Source: Saccostrea cucullata
Lineage: Eukaryota
Assembly: GCF_032062105.1 (NCBI RefSeq)
Contig: NW_026925642.1
Coordinates: forward strand, 186,001-250,000
Direction of reading: 5' to 3'
Length of the DNA stretch: 64,000 bases
The notes beneath the pieces were generated by a model. The model searched no databases. It had not been told where the DNA came from and worked only from the letters and a program-made list of their open reading frames with translations. This document shows positions 1 through 12,477 of the stretch, piece by piece. Position 1 is the stretch's first letter, and the number at the start of each line of letters is the position of its first letter. The translations under genes and the position numbers were made by a program.

Positions 1-1589
1 TGACACCTGATCCCACTTTTTATGTATTTTTTTGAGACCCGTGTTTGTTCTTCTTCCGATTTGTATTGTTTAGGACTTTTAAGCTTGATTACAGTTCGTT
101 CTTTCATTATGAACCTGACACAAATTCAATGATTGGATCACGTAGGCGTTGTTATTCTTAACCTAAATCACAAGAATTGCAAAGTGAAATGGGATGGATT
201 TTTCGACAATATTTAAAAGTCTGTAGGTCACTTTGAAGTTTTTACAAATACACCAGATGATGTGTTTGTCAGAAATTAATGTTTTGCTTCATTATCTGCT
301 AGCAAGATCCTGGTTATCGTACAACCATTAAGGAATTTCTTTATATGTGTGTCAGAAAGAGAAAATAATATATTCATATTGACAGTTCATAAAAACTTAA
401 ATACGGAGAAAACGTAGAAAACAGATCTTTTGAATTCCTGCAATGAGTCGTACTTTAACAGTATTTTAAAGGACCAAACAACAACTTGTTAGGGGAGATT
501 TAGGACTGTTTCAAGTTTAACTAGCCTATGGTTCAAATGTACCAAGAACGGTACCAGAGATACTCTGTCGATGATCTATTCATCTATTGTTGTAATGATC
601 CGGTAATATTTTTTTCTGAAATTGATTATATGAATGGTTTTCTATGAGCATCATTTTCCTCCTCAGAAATTATTCTCAAAATTACTGGAAAGGGAATAAA
701 AGTTACAATCTGAATACATTGAAAATATAAATGAGTGTTATCTGTAATTCAATTTTGAGACATTGGATTTTCAACTAAAAGGATCCTAGTCCAGACATTC
801 CTCACAAACAAATTAATTACTTTGAAAGAAACATTATAAAATACATTACTTTTGTACAATGACACGGGAAATCATTAGCGCTGTATTGCTTTAAATTACG
901 TTTCCTTTGTGTGCGAATCATGAGTAAATAATATTTCAACATCCTGGGAAACTCTTCAAATAGAATTGAATAATTGATATTTATTGATTCATAAATCACC
1001 TGGTACATTCATCACTGTACACTATTTTCAAAGAAGGAGATATCATTGATAAAAGATGGAGATATCGTTGATAAGAGATATCCCGTTAATTAAGCGCCTG
1101 TTTTTGTACATCACGGTCGCCCCGATTCGTCCATAATCTGGATCCATTTGGTTTAGGTGAGAATGATTTACGGGAAACGTAATGAATTTATGTATGTTGT
1201 TGATATAATAAAAATAATTAATTATGCTGACTGCTTTAATAAACAAAAAGCTTTAAACGCTTAGTTGCATCCACTGACTTATCCCCAACGTTGCTATTTG
1301 TTTCTCTGCCTATCAAACGCAAATTGCTTGATTTATTTGCAACTGTAATTTTGCATTTTCCACTCCCTGTAAATTGAAAATTTACAATATTACAAAAGTC
1401 AGTCTTTTCTTTTCAAAATTTGACCCTTTTTATGGCGGTGCTCCCTCTTGTTAGTTACATACACGTATTAAACCAATGTTTTGGAGACACGATTAGAAGT
1501 GTAGTTCTTGTTTAACAGGCAGGTCCCGGATCATATGAAACATCTTAAGCTTCTAAAGGTCTAAATCTTTATTTGTCAAAATGATGTAA

Positions 1590-1980
1590 AAGACAAAGAG
1601 TCAGAAATAAAGTTGATAAGGCAAGGATATTAGCAGTCTTTTTTAAAGTCATCATTTTGCAAGTTCTTTGGTCGATACCATGACCTTTTCAGCAAATACA
1701 AACTATATATCATTAAGTCAAATGCTGACTGACTTTTTTTGTTAGGCCATTATTTACACACTGAGTTGTCCACGGATTTTCCCTTTTTTCTTTCCTGAGC
1801 ATGACAAGGAGCACACGGTTTGTGTGACCAGTCGGCAGGGGATGCTTACTTCTCCATGGCACCTGATAACACCTCTGAAGTTTTGGAGGTCTGTGTTTAC
1901 TCTCCTCTTATTTTGCAATATTTAATGGACTTTTTAGCTCGAATACCGTTCGTTATCTCCACATATTTCACTGGAGTATT
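1590..1980 (+). mobile_element. 3' fragment of Penelope-like (Naiad-type) retroelement
   Basis: Colinear similarity to 8540-8900 (aagttc..tggtcgatac..tgacctt; gtcaaatgctgactgac; GTGACC..CAGGGGATGCTTACT..GGCACCTGAT motif). Smaller relics at 1-110, 3310-3435 and 49160-49262 (- strand). Confidence 0.7.
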
Positions 1981-4900
1981 TAAAATTATATTGGTTGTAC
2001 TGATCTCTTACTATCATTGCTTTTCCATTTCTTTTTGCAACCACATGTAGTGAATGATAAAATTGCTTGAATCTCAGAGAGGGCTTTATCGACATGAGGC
2101 AAACTGAATTTTTCCATTCTGTGTTGAAACCCTTCCCAATGCATCACTATTGAAATATAAACCAATAATGGATAAAGCGTTATCTCACTCATGTTTATTT
2201 GTGTTTAGTATGAGTTCAAACCATGCGTCTTCGATTTGTGAAGCTTTTCAAAATACATTTTTTGCAATCATTTTATAACATCCAACTGAATATCTGCTGT
2301 TTGTATGAGATGTACAATATGTACATGTATTACCAATTTGTTTTGCAAATTAAAGACGCGCATTCTTTGTACCATTTACAACAGATCTTCAATTTTATTT
2401 CATTTCTTCCATTTTTCTGGCAAACTTTTAAAAAAGGAGCAGTGCCATAACGTGTAAACAAAGTCCGTCAATGACCCTAGCGTTAGATCTAAGTCAGTCA
2501 ACTTTTGCAGAGAATGAAAGGATTGAGAAGTACTGTTGATGTAAAAATGCCATTAAAAAAGACATTTAAAATAATAAAATAAAACGGTTTATGGGTCGTT
2601 CAGTTAACTCTATATTGCTATATTTATGAACATTCTATCTGTTTTGTGGGATTTTATTAGTATTTCACGACTTCTTATGAGTATGAACGTCTGTATGCAA
2701 TAAAGCATTAAACGTAATATAGAGTAAAAGGAGGGTTCAGTATCTATTCAACCATTATCCTTCATTAAATTTCAAAAGCTTTCCTTGCGTATCTTCATTA
2801 TCGTATCAGTTTAATTGTTTTGTCAACACTGCCATTAAACAGTTGTAAATAGTTAGGGAAAGTGTATTTCTCATGCCATGTGGTTTTTATATAGCAGCAC
2901 AGCTGCAGATCTTTGGCTCTATAAAATGTATGTTTAGTAATTATTACAGAATTCTCATAGTAAAATAAAAAATTAAATTAAAACAAATTTAACGTATCAT
3001 CTTAGACATAGCATTGTTAAATAGATTTTTTAATGAATGTAAAAGTTGAAAATGAAGAACAGTGATCAATCAAGAAAATTATACAAACAATAAAAATACC
3101 GTATGTGAAGAAGGCAAAAATAACAAAAAGAAAAACCTGACCACTGGAAATTCTAGGTGTGGGATTGGGTGCCGAAGAGGAGGAAGCATCCCTGTTGATC
3201 GGAAAAAACCTCGAGACGGAATATTCCGTAGTAGAAAAACATAGACCAACAATGGTATGTGACATTTTAACCAAAATAGTACGCAACACCGTTATTTTCC
3301 TAAACAAATGTCGTTGTTAGTACCTGATTACACCTCTGATGTTTAGAAGGTGTTTGCTCTGCTCTTATTTTGTAATGTTTAATGGACTTTTGAGCTCGAA
3401 TTAAACTGTTCGTTATCTCGTTATCTCCACATATTTTGCTGTAAGGTTTACGAAATGCTGAGTTTGAATGTTATTGAAATCATCATGACAGCGACATATC
3501 TGTCTGCTTCGGTAAACCTTCCGTGAACCCTCTGTATTGATCAGGTGGACAGAACATCCCGTAATCAAATTCAAAATACGACCAAATGATCATATATGCT
3601 AACAAAGTCATTATAACGACTATATGCGTAGACTTCCCAAAATGACGAGTTTTAACAAGGTTGTTGAAATCCCTGTGACATCATCTCATCAGTGTGCTTC
3701 GCTTTAAAAATTGTTCATCCTCAGAGCAAGCTTGATTAGCGAATAAGATGGGATGTATAAACAACAGGTGATAGTTTTATACTACTACAAAAAAGGTTAA
3801 GTTGAAGATGGAAACGCTGAAAGTAAGTTGTTATTTGGTCCTTAATGTTTATATCCGTAAATCATCCAAATTATTTAAAACATTGACAATATATCTGAAT
3901 GATGAATTGAAGGCCATAGCAAGTGTTTCCTTCTTCTTATTTGAGTTTTTTAAATAAATTCTGCTTCAAATGAATATTAAAAAGATCAGCTTTGACAAAA
4001 AAGGAGCATAAGCTGTAAAGTTGTATATCGAAATTCAGACAGTTTAATTTGATAACTATGAAGACAAAAGACTTCCGCCAAAAACTTTGTCATTAATTGA
4101 TGTTGTCAATAGAAGAATTTCTGTTGCATAATATCAAACTTCAGATTTTTTGTTAGCAATTTGATATCAAAGTGGTTACAGTTAGAAAAAAATTCTGCAA
4201 TAATATAATTATCAAATGAAATAGTCACAAGATTTGAAATTCAGATTCCGATTGAAGAAGCAGTTTTCAGTGATATAAAAAAGAATTTATTTTATTATGA
4301 GGAAACAGTGAATTATACATTAAAATGGGCTGTTTTTGTTGTAAAAAATAACTTGCATGCTAAGAAATATAAGACTCGGAAATTTTTTTAACTTTCTGTG
4401 ACAGAACGCTGAGGAGCATGTCACGTGACAGGCTATATCACGTGATCCGTGCAGGGGCAGAATAGTATCAAATGCGTATTAAAATCGCAGAGGGCTTTTT
4501 TGAAAAATTTTCAACACTAAAACCCCATATCATTTCTTTTTTGAAGTTATACAATTAGTTCGCGAACTTTTTGATCACCCCTCATATATATCGAATGTTG
4601 AGACTTTTCTTATGAGTTTTTGATAAATGCTTCAAAGAAATAAAAAGGAGAGCATTTTGAAATCGAAATTTAGACAGTTTGTTGGAAAACTTGGTCTCCG
4701 AAAGCTACACTGATGTTGTCAATAAGGAATTTCGGTATTTTTTTAATATCAACTTCAGATTATTTGTATGTACAATCAGAGTGGTTGAACGAAGAAACTG
4801 ATAAAAAATTTGAATTTTTTGAGGTGAATTTTAAAAAAAGATTTTATTTTATCGTTTGGAAACAGTGAATTATACAAAAAGACACTTTCACTCAGAGTAA

Positions 4901-7109
4901 GGCCTTTAGAAAACTGTTTTTTTCTGAAAAACAAAAAAAAAATACATGAAAGAGATGTAAGAGACAACAAGTTTGAATTCACATCATTTGTTTCACTTTA
5001 ATCAAGGTACCACTGACAAAACATTTACTGGTGAATTAAAAAAAAAAATAATTGAATCTGAGTAAAAGCACTTTTACTCAAAGTGGTTTAGAACACTTGC
5101 GATCATAAAACGTTTTTCCATATCATTTATTTTACTGTTGAATTAAATTTGGGATGGTAATCTGTTGAATTACACAAGTAGACTATCAATATACTCACTC
5201 AATTTTATTTATGAGAAATAATGTTGCTAAGCGGTGTTGCCTTGCTTTTACATCACTTCTTCTACAGGAAGGTCTATTTTTTTTATTTTTTAAAACACAG
5301 ATCTACTGTTGGATTGTTAAGCGAATGCATTTAATGGAAGTGTACTTGACCATTAAGTTCAAACTTTCAATTAAATGTCAATGGTTTTTAGCTATACATC
5401 TTTCTAGGTAAAGGCATGGAGCATGTTTGATTTTTATCTCATTGCTTGGTGGGTGTACATATATGATATTTTTAGTACATAGCAAGCATGCAACATGCTG
5501 TAATCTCTACATTCTTGCAGTCTGTTTTCTGTCCATACATATAAATTAATGCGATGAACAGCTTATAAGTATGAAACAAGAACATTACATAATCGTTCTT
5601 ACGTATGTTATAACATTCATAGCAGTAATTATAGATGTTTGATATTGTAGGTGTATCATCTTGTAAATCTCTAACATGAGGAGAAGCGGAGGGATTTCTG
5701 TCTGTTATAACCAGGGAGTTGTCGCCGGGGCGTTGTCACATTGGATACTGTGATGTTATGCAGAGCAAAATATTAGCAAATCAACATGATTTTTTTTTTG
5801 TTTTGCCATAATCATATAAGTGATACTTAGTATTTCTTATTTCAGGAAGATTCTGTCTGTGTGTTTTTTCGCCTTTGAATTTATGATTGTCAGTGAAATT
5901 TTTGTATCTACTTTGTTGAATAAAATGAACAAATGAACTCTTCTTCGAGAAAAATTACTCGCAAAAAGCAAAAATAACAAATATATCAGGAGAGCATGAA
6001 GACAACTCAAATAAATTTAATCAAAGACGCGTGAATATGATAAAAGAATGTAATAACCTAAACTTCAAAGAAGGGACCTATATATATAATAATTAAAGGC
6101 AAAACACAACGTTCATGCCGTTTTACAACCTTAGAATACCTACCATTTAATTAACCATTTTATCTATAAAGTATCGTCAGTTTCGAGGCTCTAATTATTT
6201 ACATTCATATAACAGGGTTCTGTGCCCTATTCCCCTATCTCTACTTAGAGAGATGAACCTATATTAAACGATGATTCTGTTTTGTTCTTACAATATTTAT
6301 AGGTTTAAGGTTACAGGAATTGCGAATCCACTTTTATTTATATTTAAAATTATTTGTATTTCACCATTATAGTCAATAAATTCAAGTTATGAACAATTAC
6401 TGTAAACCAGTTTTTATTCGTGAGCGAGAAATATCCAACAGTTTCGTGACCTTTTCCTCGTGTTCTTTTCACAGGCGCTTGTTTCATACAGAACGCCAGT
6501 TTTATATATAGTATAAAACTAGCGTACGATCACCAATTAATTTTTCGACGTATATGTAGTATATAAACTATATGTAAATGTTTTCTCGATCGCGAAAATT
6601 AGTATGAGCGGATGTATTTCGATCAGTCTGAAAAAGAATCGTGAAAAAAAAGAGATGTCGTAAATAGTAACTGGTTAACATTAATTTCAAGGATCAACAT
6701 CGATGGAAAATTCCGTCTCATTACTCTCTCAGAAGCTTCTGCATATTGCACACTTCTGATTCCATATTATTTTTATGGATTGAGATGTTAAACAAAACAA
6801 AAATTGAATTCTACATATTCTATCAATCAATTTCTAATCGATTCAAACATTCTCAGCTTGTAATTGATAGGCCCAGATAACTTCTGTTGTCTAAATATCT
6901 TTCCTGGGGGAAATTCTAGGTACACTATATTGAAAAAGGTACTAGTATACGTAAGCTGGTTAAATTTTACTTTTTAACACCGGTAAATGAATCTTAGATG
7001 ATATATCGAGTAAACATTTTAAGATTACATAGAGGGTTCCAGTAAATGCTCGACCAAGCCTCTTTCTTTACTCCTCAGTAAGATATTTATTAATAACAGT
7101 AGTGAAGAA

Positions 7110-8905
7110 GAAACTTCAAGAGTACTGTGCAACAATATATTCAAGAATGGTGTAAATTCATGGATACATAAAAATTCCAGGAATTTTAGTGCTAGGGCGG
7201 GGCTATATAGATTATTACCAAAATCAAAAACTTAAAAACTAACGACTTTCAACTTTATACACAACGATTCCAAAGATTAATTAAAGTCCAGGCTTTTTGA
7301 TATCATTAACAACTGCTTTTTCAATAAAAAATGGAACTCGTAAATTTACTTCCCTTGTCATTGGTCATTTGCGAAATTATTTTGTTAAAAAACATTCTGA
7401 TTGTACATACAAGTACTCCGAAGATGACATCAAAAAGGTGCTTGAGTTTCTGATTGACAATATCTTTGTTGTTTTTGGAGACCAGGTCTTCCAACTATCT
7501 ATTAGAATTCCTATGGGTACCAATTGCGTCCCGTTATTAACAGAATTATTTTTGTATTCATATGAAGCAGTATTTGTGCAAAATCTTATACAATGAAAGA
7601 AGAAAACACTTGCTGTGGCCTTCAACTCAACATTTAGATATATCGACGACGTATTGTCAATTAACGATGGTAATTTCCATTCCTATGTCGACACGATATA
7701 TCCTGGTGAGCTCGAGATAAAAGATACCACAGAGTCTGACACATCTGTTTCATATTTGGATATTTTACTTGAAAAAGACGTTAATGGTAATCTAATAACC
7801 AAGCTCTATGATAAACGTGATGACTTTAACTTTTCTATCGTCAACATCCCTTTGTAAGGCGAAACTTTCAAGAGTACTGTAAAACAATTTATTCAAGAAG
7901 TGGTGTGAATCAGATGAGGATACTTAAAAATTCCAAGGAATTTTTGAACAATTTGAAATCACAAGATTTTACCAAAATCAAAAGCTTAAAAACTTGCGAC
8001 TTTTCAACTTTATACACAACTCTTCACCCACGTTAAATTAAAGTCCGGGCTTTTTGATACCATTGACATTTGCTTTTTCAATAAAAATGGAACTCATAAA
8101 TTTACTTCCCTTGTCATTGGTCATTTGCAAAATTACTTTGTTAAAAATCATTCTGACTGTACGCACACAAGTACTCTGAAGTTGACATCAAAAAGATGCA
8201 TTAGTTTCTGATTAGCAATATCTATGTTGTTTTTGGAGACCAGGTCTTCCAACATTTCCATTCTTATGTCGATACGATATATTCTGGTGAGCTTGAGATA
8301 AAATATACCAGAGTCTGACACATCTGTTTCATATTTTACTTGAAAAAGACGTTAATGGTAATCTAAAAACCAAGCTCTATGATTAACGTGATGACTTTAA
8401 CTTTTCTATCGTCAACTTCCCTTGCTTGTGCAGCAATACACCTTCATCACCTGCATACGGAGTTTGTATAATTTATCTCAGTTGATTCGACACGCAAAAG
8501 CATGCTCTGCGTATGAACAATTTCTAAAATGAGGTAAATTATTGACAAACAAGTTGATGACACCAGAATTTTAGCAGTCTCGTTTCGTAAGTTCTATGGT
8601 CGATACAGTGACCTTAATTATCAGTAGATACAATTTATCATTGAGTCAAATGCTGACTGACGTTTTTCATACAAACTGTTAGTCCATTATTGATACACTG
8701 AATTATCGATGGTTTTTTTTTTTCGATTTTAGACATCATAAGGAGTGAACGGCGGGTGTGATTTTCTTCGGCAGGGGAAACTTAAAAAAAATGGCACCTA
8801 ATCCCACCTCTGATGTTTTTGAGGTCCTTGTTTGCTCTGCTCCTATTTTGTATTGTTTTATAAACGATTGATCTTGAATACTGTTCCTTATTTCCATGTT
8901 TCATT
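7110..8905 (+). mobile_element. Decayed Penelope-like retroelement RT, two tandem partial copies (about 7110-7857 and 7860-8905)
   Basis: RT motifs IPMGTNCVPLL..LFLYSYE, FRYIDDVL, SYLDILL, KLYDKRDDF in frame 7297-7857, with one TGA at 7594. The second copy restarts with the same aaact(t)tcaagagtactgt, has an internal deletion near 8254 and continues to the RT C-terminus and 3' UTR. A C-terminal RT suggests the Naiad-type layout (inference). Confidence 0.8.
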
Positions 8906-9465
8906 TTCCTCATATACCATGGATCGAAACTTACTGGTGATCGTTATGATTTAGGAGCTTAAGATCTTATCTTTTACGTGATTATCAAAAAGGGGTACAG
9001 CGTATCAAACAATTTAACTTATTTTTCTTTGAGTTTAGGGAGTCTGATATTACGTACACGAGTGCGTAGAAGCAACGGCACCTGTTATATGAAATTGACA
9101 TTAGTGATGTATGGTTTCTCGTAGAATTTACGCACAATTACATGTAAAACTTCTTGGCACATTTATTCTGTCTGTTAATTCATTCCCAATAAAAGCTGAA
9201 GATTTCAATAGTTACATAAATAAAGTTGTATAATCGAGCTTTTTTGTTATACCAAGACGTTTTATTGATTACTGTCTTTTTACTTATGACGTAATTAGAT
9301 CTAGAATCTACTTTCTGAAGAAAAAAAAACTGGCATTTCATTGATGAGTCGCATTATTAGGAAGGCTGGAACTAAATTACACAGACTAGTGGCAACGGTT
9401 TTAAAAAGTGAGGAACATACCTTCCCCAAAAAGTTTTAAAGGGGGTATCTCTTGCCTCACAATAA

Positions 9466-10075
9466 CAAGAGACCAATTGGCCTTATAGTGAATTTGGTTC
9501 GTGTTTTAAATCGGAGGCCATGACATTCACAATTTTGAAAGAGGTGCCATTGCTCATCATTAGTTCACACTTAGTTTGGTTACTCAATACCCATAGGCAG
9601 AGTAGGGGAACAACAAATTAAAATTATTTCCATTAATCAGTAGTAATTTGTAAGAATTAGTAGTGCCCCAATCCCACAGGAACCCCTGACCATAGGGCCA
9701 CACATTTCACAATTTTGGAAAAGGCACTCTTGCTCATTATGAATGGTCGATACCAAGGAGCAGATTCCAAAGCATTAATTCATTCTTAGTATATAATCAA
9801 TAGAGCCCCCTCTACAGTACCCCTTACCCTGTGGCCTTGAAATTCACTATTCTGGAAGAAGGGCCCTTGCTCATAATAACTACTAGTATGTATAAAATTA
9901 GTATGAGAGCAGAGAGCAGGAGCAGGAGCAGAGAAAAAAATTTGCAAAGAAATGAATCAATTGATGCATTATATTATCAATACAGCCCTGCACTTACAAC
10001 AGAATTCCTGACCTTGCGGCCATGAAATTAACAATTTTAGAAGAGCTGAAAGAGGAAACCTTGCTTATCATAACA
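9466..10075 (-). repeat. Degenerate HINE/satellite fragment, same family as 56404-57975
   Basis: Shared monomer motifs ttcacaattttg(g)aa..ggcac..ttgctcatcat and caatagagccc; starts with acaagag.. Confidence 0.6.
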
Positions 10076-10085
10076 ATACATGTAT

Positions 10086-10476
10086 CAGACCTGTTTACCC
10101 ATATCGTTGCCTCTCAGTATTTTTTATTAGATCTGTCCGTGAGATTTGGCATTTGCCGGTAAGATTTCACTTTCCATCAATTTTACATATATAAATGGAG
10201 AATAACTACTTTTCTGATTACTAAAACATGGTTTAATGACATGATCTTGATCATTTTATACCACAGCGTTTTGGCAAATCGACATAACTGAATTTGAATT
10301 TATTTTTAGCGATTTAAAAAGCATGAAACTCAGACAGATCATTACGAAAACTAACTTCTCAATTCTAAACAAGTGTATCTCTTATCTCCATATTTTCATA
10401 ATGGCAAAACGTGAGACGTACTTTAAACTAAAAATCCGTACAAAATAAGGCGAAATCGTAAGAGTAAACAGGTCTG
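10086..10476. mobile_element. hAT-like MITE with 6-bp TSD
   Basis: TIR CAGACCTGTTTAC...GTAAACAGGTCTG, flanked by ATGTAT on both sides. Confidence 0.75.
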
Positions 10477-10664
10477 ATGTATAATTATATAGTTAGTATG
10501 TTTAATACCCATGAATAGAGAAGATTTTCTAAATTTACTTCAATAACACCCTAAAACAATAACATCAATCTACCTATCTGACAGCTAAAAAAATGTTTTA
10601 AAAATCAGTAATAAAAGTTGAAATTAAATTTTTCAACATGTAATTTCAAAATTTTGTTAATTAA

Positions 10665-11543
10665 GGTAAGTCACTCGTCAGCTTTTTAGAAAAGTTCACG
10701 CAGAAGCTTTTACTTCAAAACTACTTATTAAAATTCAATTTTTATAACATCTAAATTCAACAATGTAAATTTTTTAACATTCAATGAAAAAACTGCTCAA
10801 AAATCTACAAAGAAGCAAGATTTATGAGAGACTATTTCTTTTGGTGGAAGGATATTTAGCGGAAAATTCTGCAAATCTGCACATTTATAAAATTTAATGT
10901 AATGGAAATTTACCCTCACATACTTTTACTCGGAGAATATTTTCCGTTTTGATATTGCTAAAAATATTTAATATAGGTCTTAATTTATATTCTTAGACTT
11001 TTACACCTTCCCTCAACAAACTTTTCCAAAAAATGAAAATATATTAAAGAAGTCAAGATCAAATTTACACCATTTTTTGCCTGAAAATCAAATATTTTGA
11101 CAAATATTTCAAAATCAACGTCACTGACCCCACCTTTTTTTCATTATTTTAAACTACTCGATACTTGTGACTGATCAGCACTTAAGTCGTAAAAAGTTTG
11201 ATATAAGAAAATTTTTATTGCCTATTAAGTTTTTTAATACACCAAATATGTTATATTTTAGTGCAAAAAGGTCACACAATAATTTACACCCATTAATTTG
11301 CAAGATCTGTTTAATGATAAATATTATTCAAACTATTTTACGTAAAATAAGATTATATTTATTGCCATGCTTACATCTGATCAAATATAATAAGGGTTAA
11401 GTAATTAACCAAAGAGATAGATCAGTAGGATGCACACTGACCCCCTATTTTCTTTGCGATTTTGTGTTACACTTTATGAGTACTTATCCAAAATATACTT
11501 CTCAAAAAATCCTTGATTTAATAAATTTCAGGAGTGACTTACC
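10665..11543. mobile_element. TTAA-flanked MITE (Kolobok-like)
   Basis: TTAA|GGTAAGTCACTC...GAGTGACTTACC|TTAA: perfect 12-bp TIR. Confidence 0.75.
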
Positions 11544-11565
11544 TTAAGTGAAAAAAGTTGCTTAA

Positions 11566-12175
11566 AGGGGATCGACTGGGGTTTCCATTGTGCAATTCTT
11601 TGCATATCATAGTAAAAGGAAGCATTCATTCTGTTTTAAAGCAACCTTTTTTTAAATAATTAATAAAATTTAACAAAATTAAGAAATTATAGGTTAAAAA
11701 AAATTAATAACAATTTTATATAACTGATTTTGAAGTGATTTTTCAACTGACTACCAAGAAGATTGACATTGTAATAGCGTGCTTTTGACATTATGATAAA
11801 CTGAAGCTCTTGAAGAGGGGGTCATAAAAATGTCAAAACCTCTTGCAATATAAAACATAGGAATTTGAGATTCTTTTAATCATTTTTATGATTTTTTGTA
11901 TAAATTCCTTGTATCTTTCATATTTTATAGTACAGGTACTCCAATTGTAGTATTTGTATAATTTGCTTTAAATTGTGAAAAATTGGCACTTTCTAAACTA
12001 AAAGTAATCCTATAGTAAATGTACCTGTATTTTGAGACAGTCCAATAAAATACCAGGGTGGTAGATTTTCCCCAAACTTGGTATGTACACTGAAGTCAGT
12101 GTAAGTAACATATGTTATTAAATTAAAGAGTTTCTCTATTGTAGTTTTCACACAATAAAACCCCAGTTGGCTCCC
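11566..12175. mobile_element. TTAA-flanked MITE (Kolobok-like)
   Basis: ttaa|aggggatcgactgggg...ccccagttggctccc|ttaa: imperfect TIR. Confidence 0.55.
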
Positions 12176-12477
12176 TTAATTACTGTATTACATTTCTTTC
12201 TCAGGGCAAAAGAGAGTTAACAAGTCTGATCATGAGTAATGTCTAGAATCTGTCTGGTATCAACAATTATGTAACAGCAATCTCATCATTCACTTCAACC
12301 AGATAAATAATTTACTCATGGCATTAGGCATTATTTCAGGAGAGCTTCCTCCACAAGTTCATAAACATTCACAGGTTTCTAACATATCACAGGATTATTT
12401 CATTTAGATTTAAACAATAAAGCAGCTGCAGTGTTATCCATGAAAGCTAAGAAATGATTCATCCTCTATACACAACG

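Noticed and set aside
130-1010. Possible decayed coding sequence
   Set aside because: Stops in all frames and no recognisable motif.
4420-4446. Two E-boxes (CACGTG) as clock elements for the cryptochrome
   Set aside because: They lie 8 kb downstream of the gene in repeat-like sequence; no support for function.
7594-7596. In-frame TGA in the RT as selenocysteine
   Set aside because: The element is truncated and frameshifted, the site is not an evident Cys position, and another TGA at about 8530 looks like CGA>TGA decay. Most likely a nonsense mutation.
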